Below are positions 1 to 12,426 of a stretch of 64,000 nucleotides of DNA, one piece after another (the first letter of the stretch is position 1; the number at the start of each line of letters is the position of its first letter). The stretch lies in contig NC_083286.1 of assembly GCF_963506605.1 (NCBI RefSeq), positions 29,388,001 to 29,452,000 on the forward strand, written 5' to 3'. Origin of the DNA: Zootoca vivipara. Taxonomy: Eukaryota. The position numbers and the translations under genes were made by a program. A model generated the notes under the pieces. The model searched no databases. It was not told the DNA's origin and was given only the letters and a program-made list of their open reading frames with translations.

Positions 1-185
1 ACATATGATGGTTGTGCTGGTCTTCAATCTAGTAAAGAACCAATTTTTGCCCCAGTTTTCCAAGAACAAATGGATATGCCTGCTCCATCCAAAAACATTT
101 ATTTTGTTTGTTTGTTTTTATTGTAGCTAATGTTCAGTGTATAACTTTGATATAACAAAAAAAGCAGATTAGCAACATTTCTTAC

Positions 186-370
186 CGCTACAATTGCTGT
201 GACATTCACTGGTTCCCCTGTTCGTTCAATAACTAGACGTATAACTGTGGTAGATGTTTCATTAACAATAAATTCTGTTTGTCCGGCGAACTGTACTTCT
301 GTTTCTCCAGAGATGAAACTGGTGGAAAATGCTAAAAGGAGTGTAACTATTGAACAGGCAGAGAGCATCC
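186..370 (-). CDS. ADGRV1: ADGRV1 (GPR98/VLGR1) coding exon 2: signal peptide and start of first Calx-beta domain; gene continues off the left edge
   Basis: Encodes (G)MLSACSIVTLLLAFSTSFISGETEVQFAGQTEFIVNETSTTVIRLVIERTGEPVNVTAIVA, matching the ADGRV1 N-terminus (GETEIRFTGQTEFVVNETSTTVIRL). tttcag acceptor at 371-373, GTAAG donor at 185-181, 185 nt. Confidence 0.96.
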
Positions 371-1516
371 CTGAAAAGAAAGGACAGAAACACAAATGTG
401 GATATGGTAAGTGTTTTCACAAGTGTTTGCTTTGACAAGGCAAAACTGGCGAGCCTACTGAAGTCATATTTGTGCTTCCATTCTGGCCAGTTTCCCTGGA
501 CATCTCTGGACTTGACAGAAACCACTGAGATTTCCTGACTAAAACATATCCTGAGGTGTGCTGGACATTCAAGCACTTCTGGGGCAGTTCTTTTTAAAAT
601 AGACCATTGCAAAGGAGCTTTGCAAAAGCTTGCAGTTCTGACTGAGAAACGTCAGGGTTCTACCCAACACCAAAAAAGGCAAAAGAAAAGCCAATGTCAA
701 TTTATGGGCTTAGTTCCTTGAAAACAGCTTGCCCTCTGTGGGTGTCCACTCACAGCAACAAAGGCTGTTTACACACTCCCATTACTGTGCCCCTAACTGC
801 TGTTTAGGAAAGCAGTGTATACACAGCAATTAGCCACAATCCATATCTTTCTTGCTATTTATTATGAAATATTGCTGTTTGATGCATTTCCCCTTAAACC
901 ACCTTCAATTTGAACTGAGAAAAAGAACCACCTGGCTGCACTTTAAGCTGGTAATGTGTACACAGCCAAAGTCTCTCTGGGATGCACTCTTGACTGCATG
1001 TTCCACTAGCATACCAGAAATTATGCAGTGTAAAACACTACAAATCCACAACAGCAAGAATCTAAACCAATTGTTGCAGTTTTTCTATATACACACAGGT
1101 TACAGTTAAGCCACCAACAGCACAGTCCTATGTATATCCACACAAAAAGAGGTCCTACTGATTTCACTGAAGTTTACTTCCAAGTAAGTGAGCATAGTAT
1201 GCAGCCTAAACCTGGAATCCAATGTACACAAAGCAAGGAACTAAGGTGTGTCGAAATGCTCCAAATAAGCAAGAAAATAAAATTGATCCTTGGTAGACCT
1301 AAGCTCTACTTGGGCACTGTCCTTCAAACAACTGCATAGGGGGAAGAGAAGGCCTGCATCTACTGACCTGACCCCCACAACACACACACACCATCACTTC
1401 CCCAACACCCATGCATTTAGGGGGCATGTCCATAGCAGAGTCCCTTTTACCTTACCCTGTGTTAGATAGGTAGTCTCCCACTGTGATGCCCCTAACATGT
1501 AAAGGGGGCAGCAGGG

Positions 1517-1870
1517 TATGTATGTATGTATGTATGTATGTATGTATGTATGTATGTATGTATATGCTGCTCATCTGGCTGGTTTGCCCCAGCCACTCAG
1601 GGTGACTCCCAGGAAAATATTAAAAACACAACAAAACCTCAACCATTAAAAACGTCCATGAACAGGGCTGCCTTCAGATGACTTCTAAAAATTATATAGT
1701 TGTTTATCCATTTGACATGCGATGGGAGGGTGTTCCACAGGGTGGGTGCCACTACTGAGAAGGCCCTCTGCCTGGTTCCCTATAACTTCACTTCTCACAG
1801 TGAGGAAATTGCCAGAAGGCCCTCGGAGCTGAACCTCAGTGATGTAGGTGGAGACACTCCTTCATATTTC
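1517..1870 (-). mobile_element. L2-like LINE 3' fragment with (TATG)n tail (1517-1562)
   Basis: Reverse complement of a typical squamate L2 3' end (cagagtggctgggg...cccagccagatg; ttccacagggtgggtgccactactgagaaggccct). The same tail occurs on + near 18100-18190. Confidence 0.65.
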
Positions 1871-2234
1871 ACCAAAAAAACTATAATGGAGAGTGCTTGG
1901 TGATCGGGGGGGGGGGTGGAACTCACAGTGGTGGTGGGAGGAGTAAATAAATATCTGGGAGTATACTTATAATCTCTATTTGTGCAACACTGGTAAGCAA
2001 CATGGTCTGAGATGCAATGCTAGACCAACTAGTCACATCAACCTAGTTGCTTCTATGACTCCTCAAGAGGGTGCCATGCTTTAGAATCGATGCTCATTAG
2101 TACTCAACAATTTTAGAATGCAATATTTTGAGGAGAAGAATCAGAACAACTTAGAAAGCAAATATCAGGATTAAAAAGGAGGAGGGGAAATCAAAACAAT
2201 CATGATAGTTTTGCTGGAACTAAAATCCTCAGTA

Positions 2235-2644
2235 CAGTGGTACCTCGGTTTATGAACACAATTGGTTCCGGAAGTCTGTTCATAAACTGAAGCGAACTTT
2301 CCCATTGAAAGTAATGGAAAGTGGATTAATCTGTTCCAGACGGTCCGCGGAGTACTTAAACTGAAGCGTTCATAAACTGAAGCGAACTTTCCCATTGAAA
2401 GTAATGGAAAGTGGATTAATCCGTTCCAGACGGTCCACGGAGTACTCAACCTGAAGCGTACTTAACCCGAAGCATGGGTGTAATTGGTTCCAGAAGTCTG
2501 TTCATAAACTGAAGCGTTCATAAACTGAAGCGAACTTTCCCATTGAAAGTAATAGAAAGTGAATTAATCCGTTCCAGATGGGTCCGCGGCGTTCGTAAAC
2601 CGAAAATTCATAAACCGAGGTGTTCATAAACCGAGGTTCCACTG
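2235..2644. mobile_element. Tigger/pogo-like MITE with three internal ~90-bp sub-repeats
   Basis: TIRs CAGTGGTACCTCGGTTTATGAAC...GTTCATAAACCGAGGTTCCACTG flanked by TA on both sides. Confidence 0.88.
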
Positions 2645-4452
2645 TACATCGTTTTAATGAGTATTAATAAAATAAATGTAGCTTATTTCTAACTTGCCAA
2701 GTGATTCCCATATTGGTTCTGCCCCCAGAGCACAAATGTTTCACCAAGCGTACAACTTCAACATGAACATCTTTGCGTACTTTTTGTAAACTCTGAACCA
2801 ACCTCTCGCTTATTTGTAAGGTGTGATCCATAATGAACTAAGGGTGCTGTTGACCTTTTAACTATGGCAGTTACCTTGCCATAGACTAAGCAAGCATCTT
2901 CCCACGGTGTGTGCCTCAAGTAAATAATCCCGAAAATATGATCCTTACAGAGCAAGGTAAGAGCGTTTAGAGTTACTTGAATTCTATTACCTCTGCTAAG
3001 GGGCATTCTGAAACTATAAAGTTACTCCTGTGGAACAAGAGAAGTCTCATAATCATATCATCAATTATTCACCTAGCAAGAATTCTTCCTTATTACATCT
3101 ATTTGTACAATAAATTGCTTTTGCAAAAAAAAGTATATTAAAACAACCTTTCAAACAATTGCCTCACAAAATCATTTCAGCTAGGGATGTTTTAAAAAAT
3201 AACATTTGGACAAACAGCAAAATGTCTTGCAAGTGTCACCTAATATCATGAAATAGTTAAGCATATAAATTAGTTCATATACACAATTCTGTTCTTTGAA
3301 ATGAAAATAATAACTCTCTCCTTTTTTGCATGCACTGTTTGCCTTCAAATGAACTGAGAACAGATATTAAGAAATAAATTATCTTGCAACAACTTTTCTC
3401 ATGGAGGATGTAAAACAATGCTTCTAATTTCGTAGCTGAGTCCCTCAGTGGGACGTATTTCAGTCTGAGCATGAAATACATTTCTTAGAATTTTTTTATG
3501 TCTCCTTTGGCAGAAAACAGGCATAGTGTTTCATTATTACCTTCCCCCTAAACCCAGCATGTCACATATTCCCAAGAGAAACTCTGATTTTTTAAAAAAG
3601 GTTCTGAGAGTTAACACAAGTTCAGATTAAGCTTTGATTTGGTCATTAATGGCATATTAAATACACAGAACTTCAATTTGATTTTAATAGTAGCTGTCCC
3701 CTGAAACAGAATGTTCAGTGCTGTCACTGTTATTAACAATTTGGTTGCGCTATTCAATCCAAAGAATAGATTTAGATGATTTCCCAAACAATTCACAATT
3801 TGTGTATGTCATTTATGACAGAGAACATATCGACTCATTCAGCATTCTCTAAAAGGACAAACTGTGAAAGAGTTGAGGAAGAAGAAGGATAGATTCATAA
3901 GATTTAGAACTCTGTTGCACCCAGTAATATCATGATTAACTCACCCCAGCAGAAATTTACGGTACTACTGTGATGAATGATGAAAACTGTTTCTGCAATT
4001 GTGGACTGGAAGAGCAATGCTCTTCAGAAATAATGTACATTGTGCAAGTCCCATGTCTATCACTCAACATTCTATCATGATATAGAACAGAACTGGAGAA
4101 AGAGTGGCTCTCCAGCTGTTACTGGCCTACAACTCCCAACACCCCAGTTAATTGGCCATGCTAGAAGGGGTTTATCAGAATTGGGTCAAACACCATCTGA
4201 AGGACTAAAGGCACCCAACTCTGCTCTAAGGTTTGACCCTGCACTGACTCTGACAGCACCTTTTTACTTTTGCTTACCGTATATAAGTTAATGGCTATGA
4301 TGCAAAGTAGGGTCTCGCACAGTGGAAATAAAAACCAACCCATTGCACACAGAGACCCAACAGGGTAGAACTATGCACCTCATTCCCCTTTTGAAGAGAA
4401 TGCATCTCTACAGCTGTGGAGGTTTTTTGTTTTTTTCAAAGTTTCTCTCTCC

Positions 4453-4489
<37 letters not shown>

Positions 4490-4878
4490 AATACTGTATA
4501 TATAATTTTGGAATTGACAAAGCAAGGAGACTTTCCCCCCAATTCTTATCCCCTTAGGATAACCAACCACCTTAGAATGGAGAGCATGGGGGGGCAGAGA
4601 GCAGGCGGGGGTGGGGCTGGCACACGTCCTGGGGGTGTGGCACACCGTCTGTAGGGGCATGGCGCCCAGCGCAGGCAGGTGACGCAGCTGCAATGGCACC
4701 CCACCAGGATCGCGCTGTCAGGGGCGGTGCACTCCCCCCGCACTCCTCTTCCTCTGCCACTGGAAGAGCTCTCCAGATTTAAAACTGCAAAAGAAGTGGG
4801 GGGAGGGCTGCTGCTGCCACCGCCGCTACCACAGCAGCAAAGTGTAAAGGGAAACACTTCATTTGCAGACTGGATTGA

Positions 4879-4897
4879 AGTAGTAGTAGTAGTAGTA

Positions 4898-4953
<56 letters not shown>
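4879..4953. repeat. Compound (AGT)n(AAT)n microsatellite
   Basis: Directly visible. Confidence 0.95.
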
Positions 4954-4954
<1 letters not shown>

Positions 4955-5424
4955 TGATTTATTACCTGCTTTCATTCCCAAGTCCCAGGACAGATCATAA
5001 CAATTTGAAATACAGTACATTAAAACAGTTATAAAAAAATACGAGCATATGAAGTCAAACAGCCTGGCAAAAGAAGAGGGGTTTGCAGCCCCTGGCTGGT
5101 CAGAAGTGTATAGGGAAAAGCTTCCTTTCCCCTATGCAGGGTAGAATCATGGTGATGTCAGGTGATTGACAGGGGGGTACACCACCCTGTCCACTGGTAG
5201 TCCACTGGAGTTGGGAGATGTCAAGATCCAGGCCACCAGCCAGATCCAGTCCCCTTCCGTGATTTAAGTAACTGTACTGATCCCCTAGCCACCCTAGGAA
5301 CCTTTGGGTTGAAGGGCTGAACATATATCATAAATACACAAAATACCCATCCACATGGCTGACAGGAGCAATTACAAGACCAGCACAGGCTGCAGACTCT
5401 CTCATTCACCTGTCTCATTGTCCA

Positions 5425-5520
5425 TGGAAAACCATGTGTCTTTTTCCTAGAACACCTTCAGCTTTTTCACTTGGAAAACCATATGTCTTTTTCCTAGAAC
5501 ACCTTCAGCTTTTTCACTTG
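5425..5520. repeat. 47-bp tandem duplication (2 copies, 1 mismatch)
   Basis: tggaaaaccat(g/a)tgtctttttcctagaacaccttcagctttttcact starts at 5425 and again at 5472. Confidence 0.9.
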
Positions 5521-8500
5521 AACAAAACAAAAATGAACAATACTGAACTAGGTGCAAAGGATGATTCCTTCTATTAGAACTGCAAGGGAAATGAACCAAA
5601 AAAACAAAATCCAAATGTCCCCCCAAAATGCAGGTTTCAAATGCTCAAGTCAAAAGTACAAAAGTTTTATAACTTAACACCTCACTGTACATTATTATGG
5701 ACATTATTTTGGTAGGCATTTGTCATAGTCAGCTGACTTTGATGAAAGATGACTTCACACATTACAAACTGCAACCACAGAAGCCTTCACAGTTCCCACT
5801 GTTAACCACTACATATGTGGTTATAGGGCATAAGCTTTCTCACCCTCAGTTGAAAACATTATATCAGGAGTCTCAAATAACAGCTGGATGGAGATATTTA
5901 AAAGCTGAGATGAGCTGTCTGAAATCATGTACTCTTGTTAACCTTAGATGACAACTGACTGTGGCTATGGTGCAGCTTTTTAATGAAGGTGGAGGTAACT
6001 GTGTTTTTGAATGAGAAAAAGTAACACACCATTCCCATTAGCCACCCAGGACTGTCCAATTAGAAGTTGATAAAATGTGCCTGAAATCAAAACTTATTTT
6101 ATGGATTACAGCAGAATTGAAAGTCCAGAATTGGAAACAGTTTTTGATGGCTACTTCTGTTCTGTCACAATTTCAACAGATTTGCTTATAACAGAATAGG
6201 CCTACAATATGTGCCATTCTAGCTTCTATAAGGAAAGTTTAAGAACAGGCAGCATTGTACTGTAAATGTACTTACTCAGCATATTTATACCCTGCTCTTT
6301 GGTCATTCCAACTCCTCTGAGGCTGTACCTGCAGAGACTGCTGTGGCATCCCTTGTGAGATAAATCAGGCAGATCATTATGGCTCTCCTCTGCTGCTAAA
6401 ATAGGAGGTGGGGATACCCTTGGGATTGCTACACTTTCCAGCAGTTGTAAGACTTCACCTTAGGATGGGTAAAAGGAGACTGCAGTACCACACCACTCCA
6501 CCCAAAAAAACCGCTTTGTGCAGTGATCCTGCACCACATAGGAATTTATGCACCGGAAGAACACAGCACAGGATTAACTTTCAAAAGAATTAATATTACT
6601 CAGCATGGGGGCTCCTTCCAAAGAAACAAACACATAAAAACCACCCTGTATATTCATGTGCTTACCAAACATCACACTACATACTGTACATTACTCAGCC
6701 TAGTCTGGCAGCATACAAATATATTTTAAATACCATACAATTGTATTCGAGAGTTCTAGGGTTACTCAACATTACAGTAGCATATCCATTTTTATTCATT
6801 GTTTCAATCATGCTTTCATTGCACAAAAAAATATTCCTTCCCGATTTTCATAGAATGCACTCACAGAAATCTATTCTACGTTTCCATCCTTTCAATGAAA
6901 GTAGATATTCGCCTCTTCTCTTATCTCATGTACAAAGGACACTTCCACATTTGCCCAGTTCTGATTTGAAGTCTCAAGAGCACAGCATCCTGACCAGATA
7001 CTGACTAAAGGAAATACAGCCTTGAAAAAATGTGACTGGAAGACACCCCCATTATAATCTTGCCCTGAGTACTGATTTTTTAAAAGCTTTATTGAGCCAC
7101 CATTTAATAACCACTATTTAATCATTATAATCATTCACTTATTAGTTAGGTATTTTGCTTTCCCAGCCCCATGGCACCCCTAGAGTTCAAGACAAGGAAC
7201 CCTCTTTGTTGATTAGAGTTATTTAAGACCGGCAACAATAACCATGCTGGAAAGAAAAGTACTTTGAGAGGATTACACAAGGGTTAGTTCTCAACAGCAC
7301 CAAGCTGAGGAAAGCAAATTACAAACCCCAAGTACTTCATTGCATGTAACCAAATTGGCTGGTTGAAATGCTAATTGCCTTTCAGGACCGCTAAGGGCAG
7401 ACAGTGTAGCTCTGGCTTCATGGGAATTACATGCATTTTTCTCTCCCCCACTTCTCTGCACCATTGTCTTGCTGAGAAGGATTCAAAATCCATTCAGAAA
7501 GGTAGTCCCTTCCCTCAACTTTCAAACATGTGAGAAAGCTCTGACCGATACTTCAGATTGCTTTGGTCTGCCAAATCTATAGCAGATGGCTGAATTAGAG
7601 CCATGTTAAATCCCCACTAAAGCAGTGCAAGATCAGCCTAGGCCCTAGGAGCAGCAACTGGGGAAAAGGAGGCCAGCTTCTTGAATCCAATGAGCGGCAG
7701 GGTCACAAACAGATTTTAATGTAATTGAACGTGATGGAGCATATTTCTCCTCACACACCCCCCCCCCCCAATATCTAGCATACTTCAGCTCAGGGACGTT
7801 TCTTATTCCCTTTGCTATATTCAAAACCTGCAGCAATCAAAGAGGTTGTGTGTATACAGCACATCACCCTATTCTGCATTGTCATAGGAATGTAGCAGCA
7901 CTGTTTATAACATTTGAAAGGGATTACTTTGTAAATAAATTTATTTCACATATGAACTGGCTGATGTATTGAAACCGTCTTTGCAAGTTTCAGTGCACTT
8001 TGCAAGTGCTTGACTATTATTACTCCATTGACTATTATTACTCCATATTATTACTCCATATGCAGCAGCCATAGGATTTTAAGCATTTTTTAATATAAAA
8101 CGAGCTCTCAGTCATTCAAGCCTTCTTAACCTGAATCCCGCTTTTCCTGAAGAAGCGCCACAAATATTTTCACACTGCTGAATTTCTCATGCAAGGACAT
8201 CCAGGAATTGGATTATTTATGTAAGTGTAGCTTTATTTACATAGAGTGTCTTCATTTGAATTATGGTAGCAGAATGATCTCTGCAGTTACCTGATTTGGC
8301 AGTCCCTTTGCTTTATAGAAGTGGTGTTTAGCTTTAGAATAAAAAGCTGTTTGTCTCTATATCCCTCAAAGTCTACTTTAGTCAGTAGAGTTGAAACAAA
8401 GAAATAAATTATTATCTGGTATATAACTTGAATCGGACAGTCAGGGTGTTCAAATGTAAACAGAGGTAATGTTCTCAGTGTGACAATTTACGATACACTA

Positions 8501-9579
8501 CATGCCCTATCTTAGTTTGAGCCTTACCTAAAAAATAGAATAAAACTAAATTGGTTCAGAAGTGGTAGGAGTGCTACTGAAATAGGTAAGAAGTGCTCAC
8601 ATATGTAAACCTACACGTGTCCAGTGATTTGGACTCTGCACAAATCAGTATATGGACTCAGCACAGTACAAGGCTTAACAAGTTCATTCTTTCTTCTTCT
8701 TGAATAATTGTATACCTTGACTCAAACAGGAATTTGAACAGTGGAAGCAATACTACAGTAATTATGGGAATTTTTGTAATTATTTCTCAAAATTTTATAA
8801 CCAATAATTTAAGAGACGAATAATTCCACAAATCCCATTCGTGTACATATTGACAAGCCAAGAGACATTTAACTCTACTCACCCAAGTAGCCACTTTAAA
8901 CTAAGTAATGGGATACAAGTAAAGTAACTGAAGTGTATCTGATAAGCTCTCTAAACAATATCACATGTTCACATTTCTTCATAAATTGGTGGGCTTTATG
9001 ACATTAAATGACATTGGCTCCCAACATCTCCAGCTGAGTAATATTAGCCCTGCAAGACTGAAGTAAATATTTTCTATATATAATTGCTGGCCACAATTCA
9101 GCCTGACCTAAATGCTCTTTGAGTCTCATTTCTTTTACTGATGAAGTTTAGAATGTGCTTGCTTTTTTTGCTTTTAAAAAGAACAGGACAAAAGCACTTA
9201 TAATCTTGTCCACATTCGTTCCATGCCTGAAAGTGCACAAAGACTGAACCAAGGCTTACATTTTATTAGGCTCACTCTAACCCATGCACAACTTCCAAAG
9301 GTTGTCATCTGCCTTCAGTTGTGCTTGCAATTTCTGAACAAAATTGTAGCACTCAAAACCAGAAATTTTGCTAGCACTAATAAAAACCCTTGGCAACTTT
9401 AACACCATGATTTGTGTCAGTTATCATATGGTTCAAACCTATTATCATATGGCAAGTGAAACATGATGAGCCCAAGGCATTGTGGATAATACATTTATTT
9501 CACAACTTAAGGTACAAATTTGTGAAAGAATTACTGACTGAATCATAGACATTTGACAACAACTTTAAATAATATTTCG

Positions 9580-9900
9580 TTCATAGTACCTGGTACAATG
9601 GTCTGGTACACAATGGGACTTCATAGCAAGTAGGCATAGGATTACAAGGCTTCAGTCTCATGGATATTTACTGGAGAGTAAGTCTCACTGACCTAAGTGG
9701 AACTTACTTCAGAGTAAAAATGCACAGTACTGGACTACATGCTCCATTAATTTCATTAATTTCATTCAAGGGGGTTAAGCACATGCCTATTTTCCACTGA
9801 AACCTACAGCACAGTCCTGTATATGCTCACTCAGAAGTAAGCCCCAAGGAGCTCATTGACTTACTCTCGGGTAAGTATATATAGTAGGTTTGTAACCTTA
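9580..9900. mobile_element. Cluster of degenerate ~90-bp palindromic MITE-like elements; related copies near 1120, 31740, 46170, 54250 and 61615
   Basis: Recurrent motif cagtcct..gcat.tttactc.gaagtaagtccc...ggacttact...gtaag...taggattgcag with dyad symmetry. Confidence 0.55.
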
Positions 9901-10774
9901 CAGTAACTTAACATCATGTTCTTGATCTCTATGTAAATGATTTACTTCTCAGCATTTCCAGGTTAATCCCTTGTTTCTGAGTTGTTGCATTCTAGATAAG
10001 AATGGAAACTGCATATGAAAAACAAGAAGAATTTCATCTGCAGATGCTCTTTGTTCTATATTTTATTATTCACCTACTTGTTGCATATTCCTGCATTGCA
10101 GGAGGCTGGACTAGATTATCCTCAGGGTCCCTTCCACCTCTACAATTCTATGATCTCTATGTATAAAGCACATGCTCCCCCACAAATCCTTATCATAGCA
10201 TGTAAGGGGTGCATTTACATGGCAGGAGGGACCTAAAGCAACAGGAGGGCTGAAGTTCCACATCTGAGCAATGTATAATTAAACATTATGGATTGTAGCC
10301 AACGAAGCCGAGCTAACTAAAACGAATGGACTTCAGCTAGCCTTGACTAACCCAAGCCCATTGATTTCAGTGGGTCTACTCTGTGTAGGAATGCGTCGGG
10401 TGCCACCCACGAAAGATGCACCAGAACTGCCATGCACTTTTGAAAGCCCAGCAAACCATTCTTACCAATAAAGGGGGAGGGGAGTTTTGCACTGACTTTA
10501 AGTTATTGTTTTACAGCTAGCAATGCAAAACCATGGTTTCGAATGATTGTTTCCCCCACTACTACCACCCCCCAAAAAGACTATTTTGGAAGGCAGAGAC
10601 ATGGAAAAGCACTTTTTAAAAAAGAGAGAGAATTGAGGGCGGGAGGAGGACAGCGAGGCAGCGCCTCTGCTTTGCTCCCAAGGAAAAAGCGCCTCCCATT
10701 GAAAGCATTGAGGAAACGGGGACTGGGGCGCTGCGGGTTTCGTGGCGGCGCCCGGAGCCCCGGACCGTCCCCTT

Positions 10775-10864
10775 CATAGCTGCCAAGTTTTCCCTTTTCT
10801 CACGAGGAAGCCTATTTAGCATAAGGGAATTTCCCTTAAAAAAGGGGATAACTTGGCAGCTATG
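10775..10864. mobile_element. 90-bp hAT-like MITE (copy 1 of 3)
   Basis: TIR CATAGCTGCCAAGTT...AACTTGGCAGCTATG; 8-bp TSD gtcccctt/gtccccat. Confidence 0.85.
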
Positions 10865-11131
10865 GTCCCCATCCCCCCCCCGCCCCAGCACAACCCTATA
10901 CACGCCTCTTGCAAAGGAAACCCGAGAAAGCCCGCTTACTCCCAAGTAAGAGGCTCCCAGGCGGCAGGCAGCGAGGCGAGACCCTTCCCGGGTGCAGCGC
11001 GAGGGGAAAGATGAGCGGGAAAACGCCGAGGCGAAGAGCTCGCCGCCGGCAGCAACAGGTGCTGCGAGCGCAGCGAAAGGAGAGCAACTTTGCCACAGCC
11101 AGCCGGGAGCCCTGGCGAGGCACCTACCTAC

Positions 11132-11153
11132 CTAGACCCGGGGATGTGGACAT
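11132..11153 (-). CDS. ADGRV1: ADGRV1 coding exon 1 (MSTSPGL-G, 22 nt)
   Basis: ATG TCC ACA TCC CCG GGT CTA G|gtaggt inside a CpG island. The phase-1 join to exon 2 gives Gly-Met, as in human MSVFLGP-G-M. Confidence 0.88.
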
Positions 11154-11661
11154 GGGCGTCTCGTGGACTCGCTCGCTCGCTGGCCGGCCAGCCGCCCGCT
11201 CGCGCCCTGTCACTCACGCCGGCATGCCGCCGCCGCCGCCGCGTCCCGCCATGGCCAGCCCTCCAACGGCGCCCGGGCGCGTTGCAGCCTGGACGCTCTC
11301 CTGCTACTGCTACTGCTGCTGCTGTTCCTCCACCTCTTCGCTGTCGTCCTCTCAGCTCTCGCGGCGGCTGGGAGGAGACAAGGGGGCCACCCACCCACCC
11401 CGCGGCGAGGCTGCTCGGCCCCGTGAGGGAACTGGCCACAGGCGAGGCGGGAAGAAGAGTCACCCTCCCTCGCGCCGACGGCATCAAGGCTTCTTGATTG
11501 GGACTGAGCTGAGCCTGGGGCTTTTCGAAAGGATTCAGCAGCAGCCCTGGAATAGGGAGCCGTCTAGGAAAGAAGAGGGCGCTTGAGCATGTGCAGAGTG
11601 TTCCCTCGGGTCTTGCCACAGTATTTTTTTTTTATCTTTTGCGAAATAAAAGTACCACCAG

Positions 11662-11840
11662 CATAGGAGTCAACTCCTAGGGGCTGAGGGGGTCTTCACC
11701 CACCCCCAATAAAGTATTTGAGGGGGGCCACCGCCCCCAGTTTATGAGCATTGCCATTCAAATGGTGTGCATGCACACGTCATTATGCAGGGGAGGGCTT
11801 ATTAGGTCCCCCCAAAATTTTATTCAAGTTGGCATCCCTG
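11662..11840. mobile_element. hAT-type non-autonomous element; partial second copy at 12531-12645
   Basis: Perfect 8-bp TSD accaccag (11654-11661 and 11841-11848); imperfect TIRs CATAGGAGTCAACT/AGTTGGCATCCCTG. Confidence 0.75.
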
Positions 11841-11884
11841 ACCACCAGAATTAATGTGTGTGTGTGTTGCAGAGACTCCAGATA

Positions 11885-12426
11885 CCATGGTACCTTGGTT
11901 CTCAAACTTAATCCGTTCCGGAAATCTGTTCCAAAACCAAAGCGTTCCAAAACCAAGGCACACTTACCCATGGAAAGTAATGCAAAATGGATTAATCTGT
12001 TCCAGACTTTTAAAAACAACCCTTAAACCAGCAATTTAACATGAATTTTACTATCTAACGAGACCACTGATCCATAAAATGAAAGCAATGAACAATGTAC
12101 TGCAGTCACACAATCAATCAATCAGTAGCTGAACTGGGTTCCACACAGTCACAAAAACAAAACAAAAAGAGCCGCAAAAACAAAAACTCAAAATACATAG
12201 TGAAAACAGACTTCAGCATAACACTCAAAACGGAAACGTGGCACTCAGAAATGGAAGTGTGGCACTCAAATCGGAAGCATAACACTCAAATCAGAAAAGT
12301 AACACTCTTATGGAGCATGTTCAGCTTCCAAAAACTGTTTGCAAAGGAACACTTACTTCCGGGTTTGCAGTGTTTGGGTTCCAAGTTGGTTGAGTGCCAA
12401 GGCATTTGAGAACCAAGGTACCGCTG
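11885..12426. mobile_element. Tigger/pogo-like MITE related to 2235-2644
   Basis: TIRs TGGTACCTTGGTTCTCAAA...TTTGAGAACCAAGGTACCGCTG, TA-flanked. Shares cccat.gaaagtaatg.aaa.tggattaatctgttccagac with the 2235 element. Confidence 0.82.

Larger units (their letters stand above)
10640..11600 (-). promoter_or_regulatory. CpG island / ADGRV1 promoter and first exon
   Basis: High GC and CpG density around exon 1; CCAAT box (ATTGG 11497-11501); GCC and CAG-like repeats in the putative 5' UTR. Confidence 0.85.

Noticed and set aside
2281-2600. Regularly spaced repeats that could look like a CRISPR array
   Set aside because: Eukaryotic DNA; the repeats are internal duplications of a TIR-bounded MITE, with no unique spacers or cas genes.
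10909-11619. Long overlapping ORFs (225 aa on +, 163 aa on -) at the ADGRV1 island
   Set aside because: Low-complexity Arg/Pro/Ala translations typical of stop-poor GC-rich DNA; no recognisable domain.
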